Shown here: positions 26,165 through 39,281 of the stretch, piece by piece | Numbering within the stretch: position 1 is the stretch's first letter | Layout of the letters: each line of letters begins with the position of its first letter | NCBI GenBank assembly: GCA_030704615.1 | Contig: CM060731.1 | Span: 8,122,001-8,186,000, forward strand | Reading direction: 5' to 3' | DNA: 64,000 bases | DNA from: Takakia lepidozioides | Taxonomy: Eukaryota; Plantae; Bryophyta | Position numbers and translations under genes: made by a program | The notes under the pieces: generated by a model | The model's database searches: none | Seen by the model: only the letters and a program-made list of their open reading frames with translations | What the model was told of the DNA's origin: nothing

Positions 26165-28685
26165 GTAAAGAACTTGCACTTTTCGGGGTGCAGTTTCAAC
26201 CCGTGCGCTCTCAAGTGCTCAAACATCACCTGAACGTGTTTCTCCTGCTCCTCAACCGTAGCACTAAAGACGATGATGTCATCAATGTAGCACCGGGCGA
26301 AGTCTAGCCCCGCGAGAATCCTATCCATGACCCTCTGAAACTCTGCAGGAACATTCTTCAACCCAAACGGTAAGAACCGCATTGGTACAAACAATCCTTC
26401 CCATGTTGGTCAATCCCCCAAAATGTCGTCTTTTGCTTGTCAGCCTCTTTGATTGGCAACTGGTGGTAACCGCATCGCAAGTCCAATGTGCTAAACACCT
26501 TTGCATGCCCAATGGCATCAAAGATCTCTCCTGGAGTTGGCATGACATATCTATCGGACTTAGTCTGACGGTTCACAGGACGATAGTCCCCACACATCCT
26601 TCTTTCTGTCCAATTGCCATAGATATCCTTCTTAGCTGGCATCACCGTTGCCGAGGCATACTCCTCGCCTGACAACTCCACCAATCCAGCTTCGAACAAC
26701 TCCATAGTCCGTGACTGGATCAATGACCTCTCCATGTCACTGTACTGGTAGGGCCTTCAAAAGATTGGCCTGTCACTTGCCAAATCAATACGAATCTCCT
26801 GACCTTTCAAACTCCCCAAATCCTTCAATCCGAAGGCAAAACAATTCCTATAAGCCCTTAGAAATCGTTGGATCCTCCGTCTCTCTCCTCCGGTGACTAT
26901 AGGTCCAACATCTGGTTCCCAATTGTCCTCAGTGACTGCAACCTTGGGTACACCAGGCTTGGAGGTAGGAGACGCATCCTTTGGTTGCTAGATAGCAACC
27001 TCTTGGGCCTTGTCCGTCCAATCTGACTGTGGCGTAGCCTCCACTTGCTCCGCCATAGCCACCTTGAGAACATCCTCCGCGCAAGAAACATCCTCAACCT
27101 CCTTAAAAACCTTGGCCACCTTGGCCTCCAACTGATCCTGAGTCCATGGCTCTCCCCACTCCTCATACTGCTGCTTGAGAGATCCAATGACTCTTTCTTT
27201 GCACATCTCATCCCACATCTGCCATGGTGTTTGCAACCCACGATCCTGTACTCGCCCCCACTCACTGCCTCAGCCGTCCCGGTTGGCAGGGATGATGCAC
27301 CATCCGATGGGAGTGCAGAAGTAGTATCCAATGCTTGCAATCTCCGTTGCTCAGCCATGCACAAGCCAATGACCCATGTCAAGCAATTTAGATCCATTGC
27401 TTGAACCAACACTTGGCGGCGTGATATCTCTGACAGAGCTGGCACATCTGTAGTGCCCGTGGTAAAACCCATTGTCCGCTCTCGCTCATCCGCATTGGGC
27501 TCCACCAATTGCTGTAGCACACTGTCCCAAATCAACCCAGGACCATTGTCTCGGAAAGCATGAGACGAGGGGAAACTCATGACTGTAGGCAAGGCCATAC
27601 GTGGCTACCCCACTCCAATAGCACCGCCGATCCAATCCAAGACTGCACCTGATGCACAACATGGAGTCATCCACAATCCCAACATGTCACATTGTTGTTG
27701 GCCTGAGAATGAAGGAAGTGACCTCTGCAATTGAGATCCTCTCTATCCTTCCCTGGGCTTCACCTGAGCCCCAGCCTCTTAATATATACATAGTTTGTAT
27801 GTGGGGGTATTAAATTAACCCCCTTTTGTTCACGCACGTTGGCTAGGAGCCCCACTTCGTTGTATCTCCTTACCAAACCCCACCATGACCACTCGTTCCT
27901 CCACCATATTGAGCTCTATCCGCTCTGCCAGCAAAAACACGTTTGCTAAGGTGAGTTGGGCCACTTGTAGGAGAGTTGCATCCCCATTCTCCTCGGCTCC
28001 TTGTCCAATATCTCATACCAGAATTGGACTGCTTGAGCTTTCGTAACCCCTTGGGTTACATTTATCAATCGCCTCATGCGTGTGTAAGCCTCCCTCAAAC
28101 TCTCAGTAGGCTTGCGCTGGAACGTAAGCTCCGCAATTTCTCCGTCCTTATCCCCTGGTAGTTTCTCCTCAACTCTTCGAAGAACTCCACAATTGGGTTA
28201 AAGGCAGGCATGGGTGCTGGTGCTGCAGCAGGAGCTTGAGTGGATTTTCTAGCTCCATTTTTACTTATCCCACTATTAGTGCTTGCAGTTGGGGATGTTG
28301 GTGTAGCTGCTGGTGTCGCCGCTGCCTTTGTGCCTCTAGTGATAGAGATATAGTCAGGTGACCAATATTGTCGTCACCCCTCAATCTCCACCTCATTTCC
28401 CCGCCTAAACTCATGGTAGTCATCCATATGCGGCCCCTCAAGGTGCTGAAACAGCCCCATCCACGTCATAAAAGGCATAAACAGTTGTGGATTGCGCATC
28501 TGCTACAAATCACACCAACTATCAAACTTCTGTATGAAATCATCAAGCTCGATGGTGCCCACAGCTCCAGAGTACCGACGTGGCCCCTTAGTAGCTCCAT
28601 ACATTTCCTCCATCGTATCCCACAACAATGGCACGGAAATGGCTTGTATCCTCGGCGATAATCCTCTTGACTCCGAGTCTGGTTA
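26165..28685 (-). mobile_element. Ty3/gypsy 5' half: gag, C5-methyltransferase-like remnant, reverse transcriptase
   Basis: RT: RRMCGDYRPVN, FSTLDLRCGYHQ, FLPFGLKN, YIDDIIVFS, KLHPEKCKF. Gag-like frame RYSGAVGTIELDDFIQKFDSW...FFEELRRNY (~27950-28670). Segment EPNADERERTMGF..RRQVLVQAMD. Confidence 0.85.
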
Positions 28686-28965
28686 GGGACCATTCAAAAT
28701 TATTCGACAAATAAATCCGGTCAGATTTCGGCTTGAACTCCCACGAAGAATGCGCTTCCAGTATCTGGTACTCCAGTCCAGTTTCCAGCATTCCAGTATT
28801 CAAGTCGTGTTCCAATATCTTGTACTCTTGATCATTGTTATAAAGATCGTCTTGATTCCTATTTACTCATCGTGTATTCAGCCACGCCGACCTTGACTTC
28901 TTGTCTAGTCTTGTACCTCTAGTCTGATCTCTTATTTGTGTCCAGTCATGTTCTCGTCCCTGACA
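28686..28965 (+). mobile_element. Deleted Tcn1-like derivative: integrase fragment fused to LTR 3' end
   Basis: 28686-28760 matches ~11717-11797. 28757-28965 matches the LTR end ...GTCCCTGACA. Confidence 0.9.
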
Positions 28966-29155
28966 GTAGGTATTGAAGGTCACCTCGTCACATCTGGTGG
29001 ATTCGAGCCTCTTTTGACAGACTGAAAGACATTTGGTAAGAGCCATAATCTTTCTCTTCCTAGAGGCTGCTATGTCTCTGCCCATTTTCTGACTGGCCAC
29101 TCTAGCAGCTTTAAGCTTAGACATGAATCTGTCTGTCGGGTTTTGATGGTCAAAG
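28966..29155 (-). mobile_element. L1 ORF2 fragment that continues into the LINE at 5654
   Basis: FMSKLKAARVASQKMGRDIAASRKRK..KRLESTRCDEVTFNTY joins through CCTAC to YLEAK..NLKFYQDLQ at 5654. Confidence 0.7.
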
Positions 29156-30448
29156 CATTTTGTTATCCAGTTATGCAAACAAGCCCAAGTTTTCGTGAAA
29201 AAAATAAAACTATGAAAACTTAAAATAATAATATATTAAAATACTCATAAATTGAAATGAAGATAGGGTCAACTTGTGGTGAACCCGAGAACTTAGATCA
29301 TAACCTCCGGTTCTAAATGGGTTCATAACCTGCCTCTTTGGGCCATTAGTTCTAAATAAAATCAAACACAAAACAAAATTTCAAGAGGACAAGTTCTCTA
29401 CCGATGGCGGTTATCTCAGTTCTTCATATCCGGCGGTTGCTAACATAAGCGGATATCATGGCATTTTTTGACCTAAAGCAGATTTACATATTTATATCTA
29501 AGTTGGGGGGGTTGGTATCCATGCTCACGTGAGCACAACCCACTATCATGGGGGTTGTATGTTTTTAAACCGCGGTCATAGGAATTACATGTATTGAGGG
29601 TTGTGGAAAAACTGATGATTCTAAACAGAAACTCGGAAAGCGTGTTTGAAACGCGCTATTATCATCTGGGAGCTGGTTAGGCAAATCCCAGATGACGCCC
29701 TTTCTTTTATGGGTTGTGAAAAAAAACCAAGAAAAACCTACATAAAGGCCATTTAGTAAAAAAAATAAAAGTTAAGCAGGAAAAATTTTAAACTCTCAAA
29801 CCATTTTCAATAGAGAAGGACAAGAAAAAATAAGCATAAATTGTAGTGTGTCTTGTCGGTTAGGGTAGTACCCCCACTATTTGCCTTCACGACCTTCGCA
29901 GGGTTATTTTTTCGCTACTTTTCTCTTCTTTTCTTCTCCTTTCTGCTTTTCTCCTTTTATAAATTAGATTACCGCTGTCCCTTTAATACAAAAATAAGCG
30001 GCTAGTCACGAAATGGCTCGAGCCTAATTACAAACTAAAAGGCTAGCACTGGCCGTCCTATTGTATTGAAATAAAAATTTATATTTGAAACATAAGATCG
30101 AAACGGTCAACACCAATAGTAATTCCTGTGCATAAAACTTAACAAATAAATTGGAGATTTAGAATTGTAATATTTTGTATTTTCCCCTTGATAGAAGATA
30201 ATAATAATACATTAAATGCAAGGAACAAATATGAAAAGATAAAGTTGAAGGTGATATTGGAATTGGAGGGATAAATTTGAAAAGAACTAAATGAAATGGA
30301 ATTCAATGTGATAAAACTGAATATAATGGAAGTCATTCTGATAAAACTGAGAGAAAGTGAATATATATATATATATATAAAATGTGAGGCCATGTAAATC
30401 AATTGAATAAAATATTCAATGTGTCTTGAATATAATAGAACTAAAAGG

Positions 30449-31460
30449 GATATATCTGAAGGGAACTTGTTTTGTTTTGTAGCGTCGTTGAGATCTCCCA
30501 AACCGCGCGGCCTCAGGGCGGGTGCTTGGTGTCGTTGGAAAGTCCTCGGGGAGGAGGGGTGCACCGGCTTGGTCTCATGATTTTTGGACCAGCGGTGTGG
30601 GAGATCTGGAATTTCAAGTGCTTTGGGTTGTTAAAAATTCAAGAAAAATAGCAAAGTGGGCTTTTCTGGAGCACTCATTGGCCCTTCATGTGGGAGATTT
30701 GGAATTTCAAATACTTTTGGTCGCTGGAAATTCGCAAAAAATAGCATATATCAATATATGAAGCCTCGACATGGGAGATTGCAAAATAGCAAAGTAGGCA
30801 ATGACATAGAGATCTCCCAAACTGTAGGTCTTTGGATACATTGGGGATTGCAGTGGACATTGGAGGTCACACTTGGGCCTCTACATGGGAGATGCACTTG
30901 ACATGAATAGAAGATTGCACTTGGGCTTAGATTTCAATTTTTCACACATGGGCCAACGGCATAGGCTACACTAGAGGTCACACTTGGGCCTCAACAAAAT
31001 AGACGCACTGGGAGACATAAGAAATTGCACTCGGTCTTGAATGACAGTGGACACTTGGGCATCTACATGGGAGATGCACTTGGATACATAAAAGATTGCA
31101 CACTTGGCTTAGATGGGCCTCGATATAGGAGACGCACATGGGAGATGTCATTGGATACATATGAGATTGCACTTGGGCTTAAATGACAGTGGACAGTTGG
31201 GCCTCTACACGGGAGATACACTTGGATACATAAATAAATGCACTTGGGCTTAGATGGGCCTCGACATAGGAGACGCACTAGGATACATAGGAAATTGCAC
31301 TTGGTCTTAGATTTCAAGTATTCACACATGGGCCAACGGCTCAAGCTACCGTAGAGGTCGACTTGGGCCTCGATATAGGAGACGCACTTAGATACATAGG
31401 AGATTGCACGTGGGCTTAGATGACCCTGGACACTTGGGCCAACGGCACAGGCTACCCTAG
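30449..31460 (+). mobile_element. Non-autonomous Helitron-like element
   Basis: 5' ATAT..GAAG plus a TTTG microsatellite, internal CACTTGGGC repeats, 3' ...GGCTACCCTAG|T. Related pieces at 32666-33431(-), 40128-40634(-), 45981-46519(-) and 46710-46833(+). Confidence 0.7.
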
Positions 31461-31930
31461 TAAATAATGAAAAAGTACCAAGTATCTTTGGGTTCACTAC
31501 TAGTGCAACGGTAGCACGTGAGGATGTGGTAGAAGAGGTCTCGGGTCAGATATATGTATAACATCCGGCAGTGGAAGGATTTTGTTTGGTTAAATTTTTC
31601 CGGGAGTGTTTTTGGATTTAATTATCATTGAATATCGTAGGCAGATACGGCATATATCTATACATTGTCATGAGGTGATGTGAGCAAATTTTAAGCATGT
31701 GTTACACTGTAATGAAAATGTGCCGGAGAAAAATTGTGAAACTATTAAGAACTATGCTCACGAGCGCACAAGCCATCCAATATTTTCTTTTTCTTTTCTT
31801 TTCTTTTTTCCAAAAGGTATGAGGTGGACCATCCAATATTATTAACACGAACAAGATACCCATCCGATTTTTTATTTTTTTTTAAAAACAATACTTAATT
31901 TCACCAATGAGACTATTCTTTTTTCATTTT

Positions 31931-32663
31931 CTGTATCTACAACCGAGGCTGAGTATATTGCCTCTACTTTAGCAGCAAAAAAAGTCATTTGGCTTAGGAG
32001 ATTAATGGCAGATTTGGGACATGCCAGCTACTATTATTATGTGTGATAATCAAAGTGCAATTGCGTTAACAGCAAATCCGCAATATCATTTGAAATCAAA
32101 ACGTATTGAAATACAGTTCCATTATATAAGAGAAAAACTACTTAGTGGATAATTAAAATTAGAATATCCTAGTACATGGGCCATTTCAACAGTCGAATAA
32201 TTTATTTTTATTTTGAGAATTCCATTTCGACATATTCTATTGTCATTTCAGTGCAATGTTATTTAATTTCACAAAATCAATTTCCGAAATTTTCCACAAT
32301 CTTCAAAATATTAAAATTTGTGTCGAAATTGCCCCTATACTACGGTGTTGTACTAGTGAGGAAATGGCTACAGATTTTCTTACGAAAAACGTATCTAGAG
32401 AAAAATATTTATAATGTATGCAGATATTAAGTGTAGCACTTCAGGGGGAGTGTTAAGATATGAAGTATTAGTACGTTAGTACTATCCTGAATACTAGGAA
32501 TACCATTAGTCATGACCATTAATAGCATAAATAGGAAGAGTTATATTGCATAGTATATGAAGACCTTTTTGTAACAGAAATATACAAACATTTATATCTA
32601 GATTTGTTTCAATGTCTTCTCTTATTGTCCTCTTGTCTTTAATGCTTTAGCATAAATTCAACA
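31931..32663 (+). mobile_element. Ty1/copia RNase H remnant with 3' LTR (32451-32663)
   Basis: STTEAEYIA, CDNQSAIAL, KSKRIEIQFHYIRE. PPT AGGGGGAG, then LTR TGTT...AACA. Confidence 0.9.
32167..32345. mobile_element. Mariner-type MITE inserted in copia RNase H
   Basis: Homologous to 32894-33092, with degenerate TIRs. Confidence 0.75.
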
Positions 32664-32893
32664 AATCCCCTATGCATCCAAGTGTGTGTCTCCTATGTAG
32701 TATGAGGAGGCCCATGTATAAAGAATCGAAATCGATATACTAAAATGAAGTTGGATGTTTGTTTAGTTATAAAGATTGTGTGGTACATGAATGAACTAAT
32801 GTTTAAAGAATATTGACTGCATGAACAAAATGAGCAACAATGTAATGTGATTCAGAGATTGGAATTTGGTGAAAGAGTTAGAAGTTTCTATTA

Positions 32894-33092
32894 CCGTAGT
32901 ACATAGGTCATTTCAACACTCATATGTCGAATATTTCTTTTATTTTGAGAATTCCATTTCGACATATAAAATATTCCCAAAGATGCTTTATTATCATTCA
33001 CAAAGTTATTTAATTTCACAAAATTAATTTCTAAATTTTTCAACAATCTTTGAAATATTAAAATTTGTGTCGAAATGGCCCTTGTACTACGG
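32894..33092. mobile_element. Tc1/mariner-type MITE
   Basis: ~26-bp TIRs CCGTAGTACA(T/A)(A/G)G(T/C)CATTTC(A/G)ACAC with TA TSD. The empty site CTATTAATACT is present in the paralogous block at ~40310. Confidence 0.9.
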
Positions 33093-34099
33093 TAATACTT
33101 CTGTATATACAATCATATATTGAAAAAACCAATTTTTTTCCATGAATATATTGAATAGTAATATATCGTAAGCATTGTCCCAGGAAAGCCCACATTGCTA
33201 TTTTTCACGAATTTTTCCATCGATCAAAAGTACTTGAAATTCGATATCTCCCACACCCACACTGCAGGTCCAAAAATGATCATGAGACCAAGCCGGTGCA
33301 CCCCTCCTCATCAAAGGCTTTTCAACGGTACCAAGCACCACGGCTAGGCGGCCCGCGGTCTGGGAGATCTTAGCGTTACAAAACCAAACTAAACTAAACT
33401 AACTAACTAACTACCTTGCTCCAATATTGATAACCCTATCGCACCTAGCAATGTTCTTGACAGTTGCTTGTCCACAAGAGAGAGAGAATGTGTGTGTGTG
33501 TGTGTGTGTGTGTGTGGTATTTTTGGTGTAACTCCGAGTTCCTAGTATCCATTCAACTAAAATTGTTCATTCAATGACAGCTTTGATCGAGCTTCACATT
33601 TCATTTGGACTCGGTCCCAGCTTTGTCTGAAATCAATTTAGTGTCTGTAATCTGTGGTTTCTTATACACTTGCTTTCACATGCACGCTGGTCTACTGTTC
33701 ACAGACCATTCAGTTCCAGGACCGAAAACAGTTGTGGAGAGGTGATCTAGCTTCACTAGGGTGGTTGCAGCGATCACTGATCATATTGAAGATGGTCGCC
33801 TAACCATACTCCTCACCAGCACTAGCAACCCTTCTTGTAGTCAAACATGGTATTTTCTCCTTCTACTTTTGTCAACTGATGTTTACAAAATTATCGAAGT
33901 TTTCTCTCTTTCTAAAACTAAAACTTTCTCCGTCTAAATTGGGGGCAAGGTCTATAGCCTCAAGGCAACTGCAAACAACGTGTTATGAGTACATTTCTCT
34001 TTCTCTCTCTCTCTCTCTCTTTCCAAGGATGATGATGGCCGCTATGAAAGATGGTAGGTATACCATATATGGAGGCTCTACGTACTACATGACTTTCTG

Positions 34100-35589
34100 G
34101 CAAGATCAACTTGCAAGGTCCATAGCAACATTGGGGTCAAACAGGGCTGGCCCCTCTCACCTACCCTTTTCGGGATCTACATTGACGCCTTGGAGGTTTA
34201 CATCCCAAAAAACCATGGAGTTGGGGTGCAACGCAATCAGATCTCCTCTACTCTGATGATGTTGCCAAATTTGGCACAATTTCCTGTCTTCCTACAACGT
34301 CATCTCCACATCCTGAAACAATTCTCCAAAGACTATGGGCTGCAAGTCAATCTTAGCAAAACCAAGATCATGGTTTTCAATGGCCAAGCCAACCGCAGAT
34401 TCATCTTCAACAATCATGAAATTCAGATAGTGAAATCATACCGGAATCTGGGTTTGGTTATCCATCCCCCCAAATTTGAGTTTGCAGCAACTACCCTAGA
34501 CAGGTAAGGCCGCCTCCATCCGCCTTTAAGCCAAATACAAACAGATACCTCTGCGCCATCCCCCAACCAAAAAGTGGCTATTTGACAGTGTTGTCACCCC
34601 GGCCACCACTTATGGTTGTGAATTTTGGGCAGATGGTGTCCTAGTTTCCTGGTGGGAAAAGAATCTGGAACCATTGCAGTCATCTTTTCTCCAAGCAATG
34701 CTTGGCACTAGAGGCACAACTTCATCTCACATCTTAGGTGCAGAGTTCGCATGTGTGCCACTTCAAACCTATGCCCTCTTTTGGCTTACAATCTTTCTTC
34801 ATAGGTTACAAGCCCTTTCATCCAAGGGGCTCGTGGCAAGAGCCCTCGCAACATCTATTAGGCTCAAAAGTGGAGACCTTTCAAGCACTCCTGGTACGCT
34901 CGAGTGGACAGTTTTTCTTAGTGCAATGGACTCTCTGTTGCTTCACTATTACCTGTAAATCCAGAAGGGGGTGAATCCAGAAGGGGTGGACATCACATCC
35001 AAACAGGATCGCAACAGACTCATTAGAAGGGAGCTTATGGAACTACTTGTCATGAGAACTTGGAAGCTACCTAATCTCAAGACAAAGCTCCATTTCTATC
35101 GAGAGACATTCTTGATTCTCCGAGATGATAGAATCTTGCGGCCCGATTACCTTTCGACACCTTTATCTCCTTCCCTCCTGAGGGCATTGGGGCGGTTCAG
35201 GGTGGGCTCCCACAACCTGCGGATAGAGACTGACAGATGGGAAAACTTGCAATGGGAGGACCGTCTATGTCCAGCTTGCACAGGGGGCAACCGGGAAATT
35301 GAAACTAAAGAACAATTCTTCTTCTATTGCCCTCTATACTACGAGAAGGGTGGGAGGATCCACTGTCTATTCCGTGTAACCCAATGTCTCACTGAAGTTT
35401 TCCACCACGAGTATCAGAAATGCTTGGCAGCTTACCTGCATGAGGCTTTCACCCTTAGACAATCACTCAAACAATAGTCTATTTTTTGGCTGTGATTTTG
35501 TTTCCTCTCTCATGTTTTCTTCCATTCTGTCCCATAAGCTCTATGAGCTTTCCGCAGACGTTATAAAGCTCCATTTCATTTCATTTCAT
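34100..35589 (+). mobile_element. RTE-like LINE, 5'-truncated
   Basis: GVKQGWPLSPTLF, LYSDD, GLQVNLSKTKIMVF, RFRVGSHNLRIETDRW..RLCPAC and a (CATTT)n tail. Confidence 0.85.
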
Positions 35590-35914
35590 GTACAGTTTAT
35601 GACTACAGACTCGGGCACTACGGAATTATTGAAGTTGGTGTCAAACAAATATGGGAATTGCTATCCACCGAAATTATAATAACCTTGATACATGCGTTGA
35701 AAGATCTAGCTTGCTGAAACAGATTTTCCATCTTTGGGTCGGTAAAGAAAACATGTAACTCTATTTATCGTTTAGGAAACATAAGCACGCAACACCTAGT
35801 CACTTCTGAATGAATTGAGGACCTGTAATGATACCCGCCCGAAAGGTGCTCATGAAGGAGCAAAATTGTTTGTGCATATTTATGAAAGGATAAGTTTCAT
35901 GTTGCAGGAACACT

Positions 35915-38900
35915 ATGAAAGCAATGCCCAGGAGAACTAAAGGTTGCATTAGTCACAGTAACAATGCAGAGTTGTCCTTTCCTGTCCTGTTTCTTATATA
36001 CAAAGGTTTTGAAACCAAAATCTAGCGATGATTGTCTCACGTGAGGCGGTATGCCCAGTGGACAAACAATGGGAGGCTATGAAGCCATGAATGTTTGAAG
36101 ATTTTTTGTCTTGTACATGTATATTAAGCGGTCACACTCATACATCTAAATACTCAATTGGACTCTTAAGAAAAAGACTTATTGCCGAGGCTGGATGGTG
36201 GTTATATATGTAATTCTCGTGCAGGCAGATGTTTTGATGTGGAAGGATCTGTCAGAGGCTCAATTGATTAAAATTTTGGAGCCTGAGAGTGTTGTAGCCG
36301 TCCGAAGGTGAAACCATGCATGGTCTATGGAGTTTTCCTTAAACTACATACCTTGAGGTGGACGTCAAGCACAGTAATTTTGTTGCTAAGTTGGGAGATC
36401 TCTCAGGGGAGGGATGTGTCCTCATAACAGAAGACTACATGGGGGCTTCTTAGTTATAATAACATAATCCGTGTATTGTGGAAGGCTTTTCTATAGATAT
36501 AAGTTCTAAGCAAATTCTTTGAATCCCCATTTATGAATTTTAAAACATGCCAAACTTGGTTTCCGAAGACGTTTTGTGCGGATTATCCTTTCTCTCACGA
36601 AGACTTATGGATTTTGCAATCATGTTGGAAGCAGGAATGTGCGGGATGCTTTCAATATCATAGATGACAATGATGATTATGGGGAGATATTGATCGACCT
36701 TTACTTCAACACTATTGCGTATCCTTGTCATGACCTCGATCAATGACGGTAGACAATATCATTTGAAGTTCCTAATGTTCCTAGATTTCATTTGATATTG
36801 TCATTGCCTCCTAAAAGTACCAGCTGGTGCAGACTTGGGTAGACTAATGTGCCCAATTTTACAGACCCAGCTTGTAGCGCCTCATAAGAGGATGATATGC
36901 ATTGTCTTAGGTAGAGGAGTATGCATAACGTAATGACACATACATGTGCTAAGCGCAAAACTTGACCGAGTTACTGGAGTAGATTCGCACAGGAGCGCTC
37001 GTTCACTCTAGAGAAGATGTCAGCCCTCATCTCTATTGCTAAAGTGATACATACACAGTCTACTGGTAATAAACAATTTCGTCCGTTTGAAGTTTGAAAT
37101 ACATGTCCTTTGTGTTTCATGAAGGGAGGCAGGAGAAGAAGAAAGGAAAGATTTTGAACCAACCAATGCTAGAAGTCTCTCAACCGTGAATATTGTCTTA
37201 TTCGTCAAGCTTGAGATGCAATGTGGATGACTTTGTCTCTTCAAGGACCATTCTAGACAGAAAGCTTTCTAGATCAGGTTGTCAAAAAGATCTCCAAGGT
37301 TAGACAATTTGCCATTGTGGGTTGGTGCAATACTACCAGAGGGGCGGATGCCGATGGAAAGAAGCTGGGAAAAAGCAAAGCAGATGCTGCTCACGCATAG
37401 TGTGCAACGGCCCCCTTTCTCAATCAGCGTCTTCTCCTTGTCAGACCTACAGGAAATCACTCAATATCTCCTTCACACGTGCGTCTTTCTCCAGTATAAT
37501 GGTATTTCTGTGGCTTTCTGAGGGTCATAATAATTACAAGATCTTGTGTCAGCGGTCCCCGTCTCTCTTGGTTTTCACGTATAGGACGTGAGAGCTCTTG
37601 GTTTTTAGGTTCTTTCCTTCACAGAAAACTCTGAGTGTGTTGGGTACATCATGGATGGATTGTTAACTACAGTTCAAAACCTTGAACACTCGTTGTTGCA
37701 CGCCGTTCGTTGATATATTCTTCCAACCACAGTTTTGCAATACACCCTGAAAGGAATACTTGGAATTGAATAAAAAATCAGTAAAAACGATGACTGACCT
37801 AGGGTTCATACACAACACGTCACCTCATAATTTGTTGAGGAGATAGTCCTCCTACAGTGTGACTGAGAATAAGCGTCAATGCTAACACGCATGTAGTACA
37901 TGCTACTTGGTGAGAATTTGACTCTCCCGACGATGTCATCTTGATCACGTCATCCCCACGTAGTGCAAAGTCATTTTTTTACTCTTTGATTGGCTACTTG
38001 TGAACCAACGATACCTGCTCAGCTGCTTGGTTCTATAGTTTCAAATGTGTTGTGCACCCAACTGGGCCTCGTCACTGATTGTAGGTGATGTATGACAAAA
38101 GAATGATCAAGTACTTGAAAGACGTTGTTATAACTTGATGTTCATTACTCTGGAACAAAATGACACCTGTGTGACAGGTACTTCAGACACTACAAGATAT
38201 ACCAATATACCTGTATGCCAACATTTATCTTGAACCTAGACACTTTGGAGACAACAAACTTTGTTGAATTTGCACATGTAGCTCCACCTCTGAGGGAAGC
38301 CACTGACCAAGAATCAAGGGACATCGAGCTAGCTACCATCCAGAAACAGAAAGAGGTGCATCACCCTATTGTCTTTTCCCTCAGACTATTAATCGATTAG
38401 GTAGAAAGTTGGATGTGTGACTAATCTTAGTCTCCGATGGATCGTATTAGGATTACTTAATCTAGCAGACTTGGCATTCCAAACAATGAATAGGACTTGC
38501 AAATGAATCTTCATTGAGTTCTAACCGATTCGCAAACATTCTCTAGACAATTATTTAAAAAGACGTCGCTGGCTTTGGCCGGATCACTAGACTCTTTCTC
38601 ACTTGAACTTAGACATCCCGCTTTATGACCATTTGGTTGTGGTGGGTATGCCAATCATAGGAGCTTAAAAAATACTAACAATTATCCAAACAACTGTCAC
38701 TGGCACATCTGTCTCTCAGTGCTCAATACTAAGATTTCGTACTGTTCTATTTTTCGTTATTCCCTTAAGCCATGCGACTTTTCTGGATTGAGTTTAGGAA
38801 GAGGAGACAAAAAGACTCGAAGATAGAAGACTTGTTGAAGAGGCTCGCAAGCAAGCTGAACTTGAAGCAGCTTATCTTGGTAAGCACTTTAAAAATGCTA

Positions 38901-39281
38901 ACCTGCAATGGCTTCAATTATTTTATTCACCTTCAAGTCATTGCCCACTCAAACATGTACCTTGCGAGTAGACCAAGGAGTTACTATTTCAACATTGCAA
39001 CAGAGATGCACCTCACTTACAAGCACAAACAAGCTTTTGGATACGAGTGTGACTTGTGTTAAAAAGTAAAATATGATCAGTTATTGAGAGGGATTGATTA
39101 ACTGGTCTGGCCATAAACAGCTGCAGCACCTGATGAGATCACACAGAGGGTTGAAGCAGCACTTGAACGACATATAGAGCAAATGCGTGTTGAACTTGAT
39201 GATCAGCTACAAGGAACTGAAGAGAAGGTCGCAGAAAAACTCACAACTTTGGGAGGCCGACGACCTAGTAAGCTGAAATGA
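35915..39281 (+). CDS. CFAP119: CFAP119/CCDC189-like flagellar central-pair (C1a) protein, multi-exon
   Basis: In-phase GT-AG exons at ~36225/36229-36307, 36635-36718, 36983-37065, 37340-37478, 38178-38355, 38798-38879 and 39121-39281 (TGA). Motifs HSVQRPPFSISVFS and TYFRHYKIYQY. Start is uncertain: ATG 35915 or ATG 33847. Confidence 0.78.
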
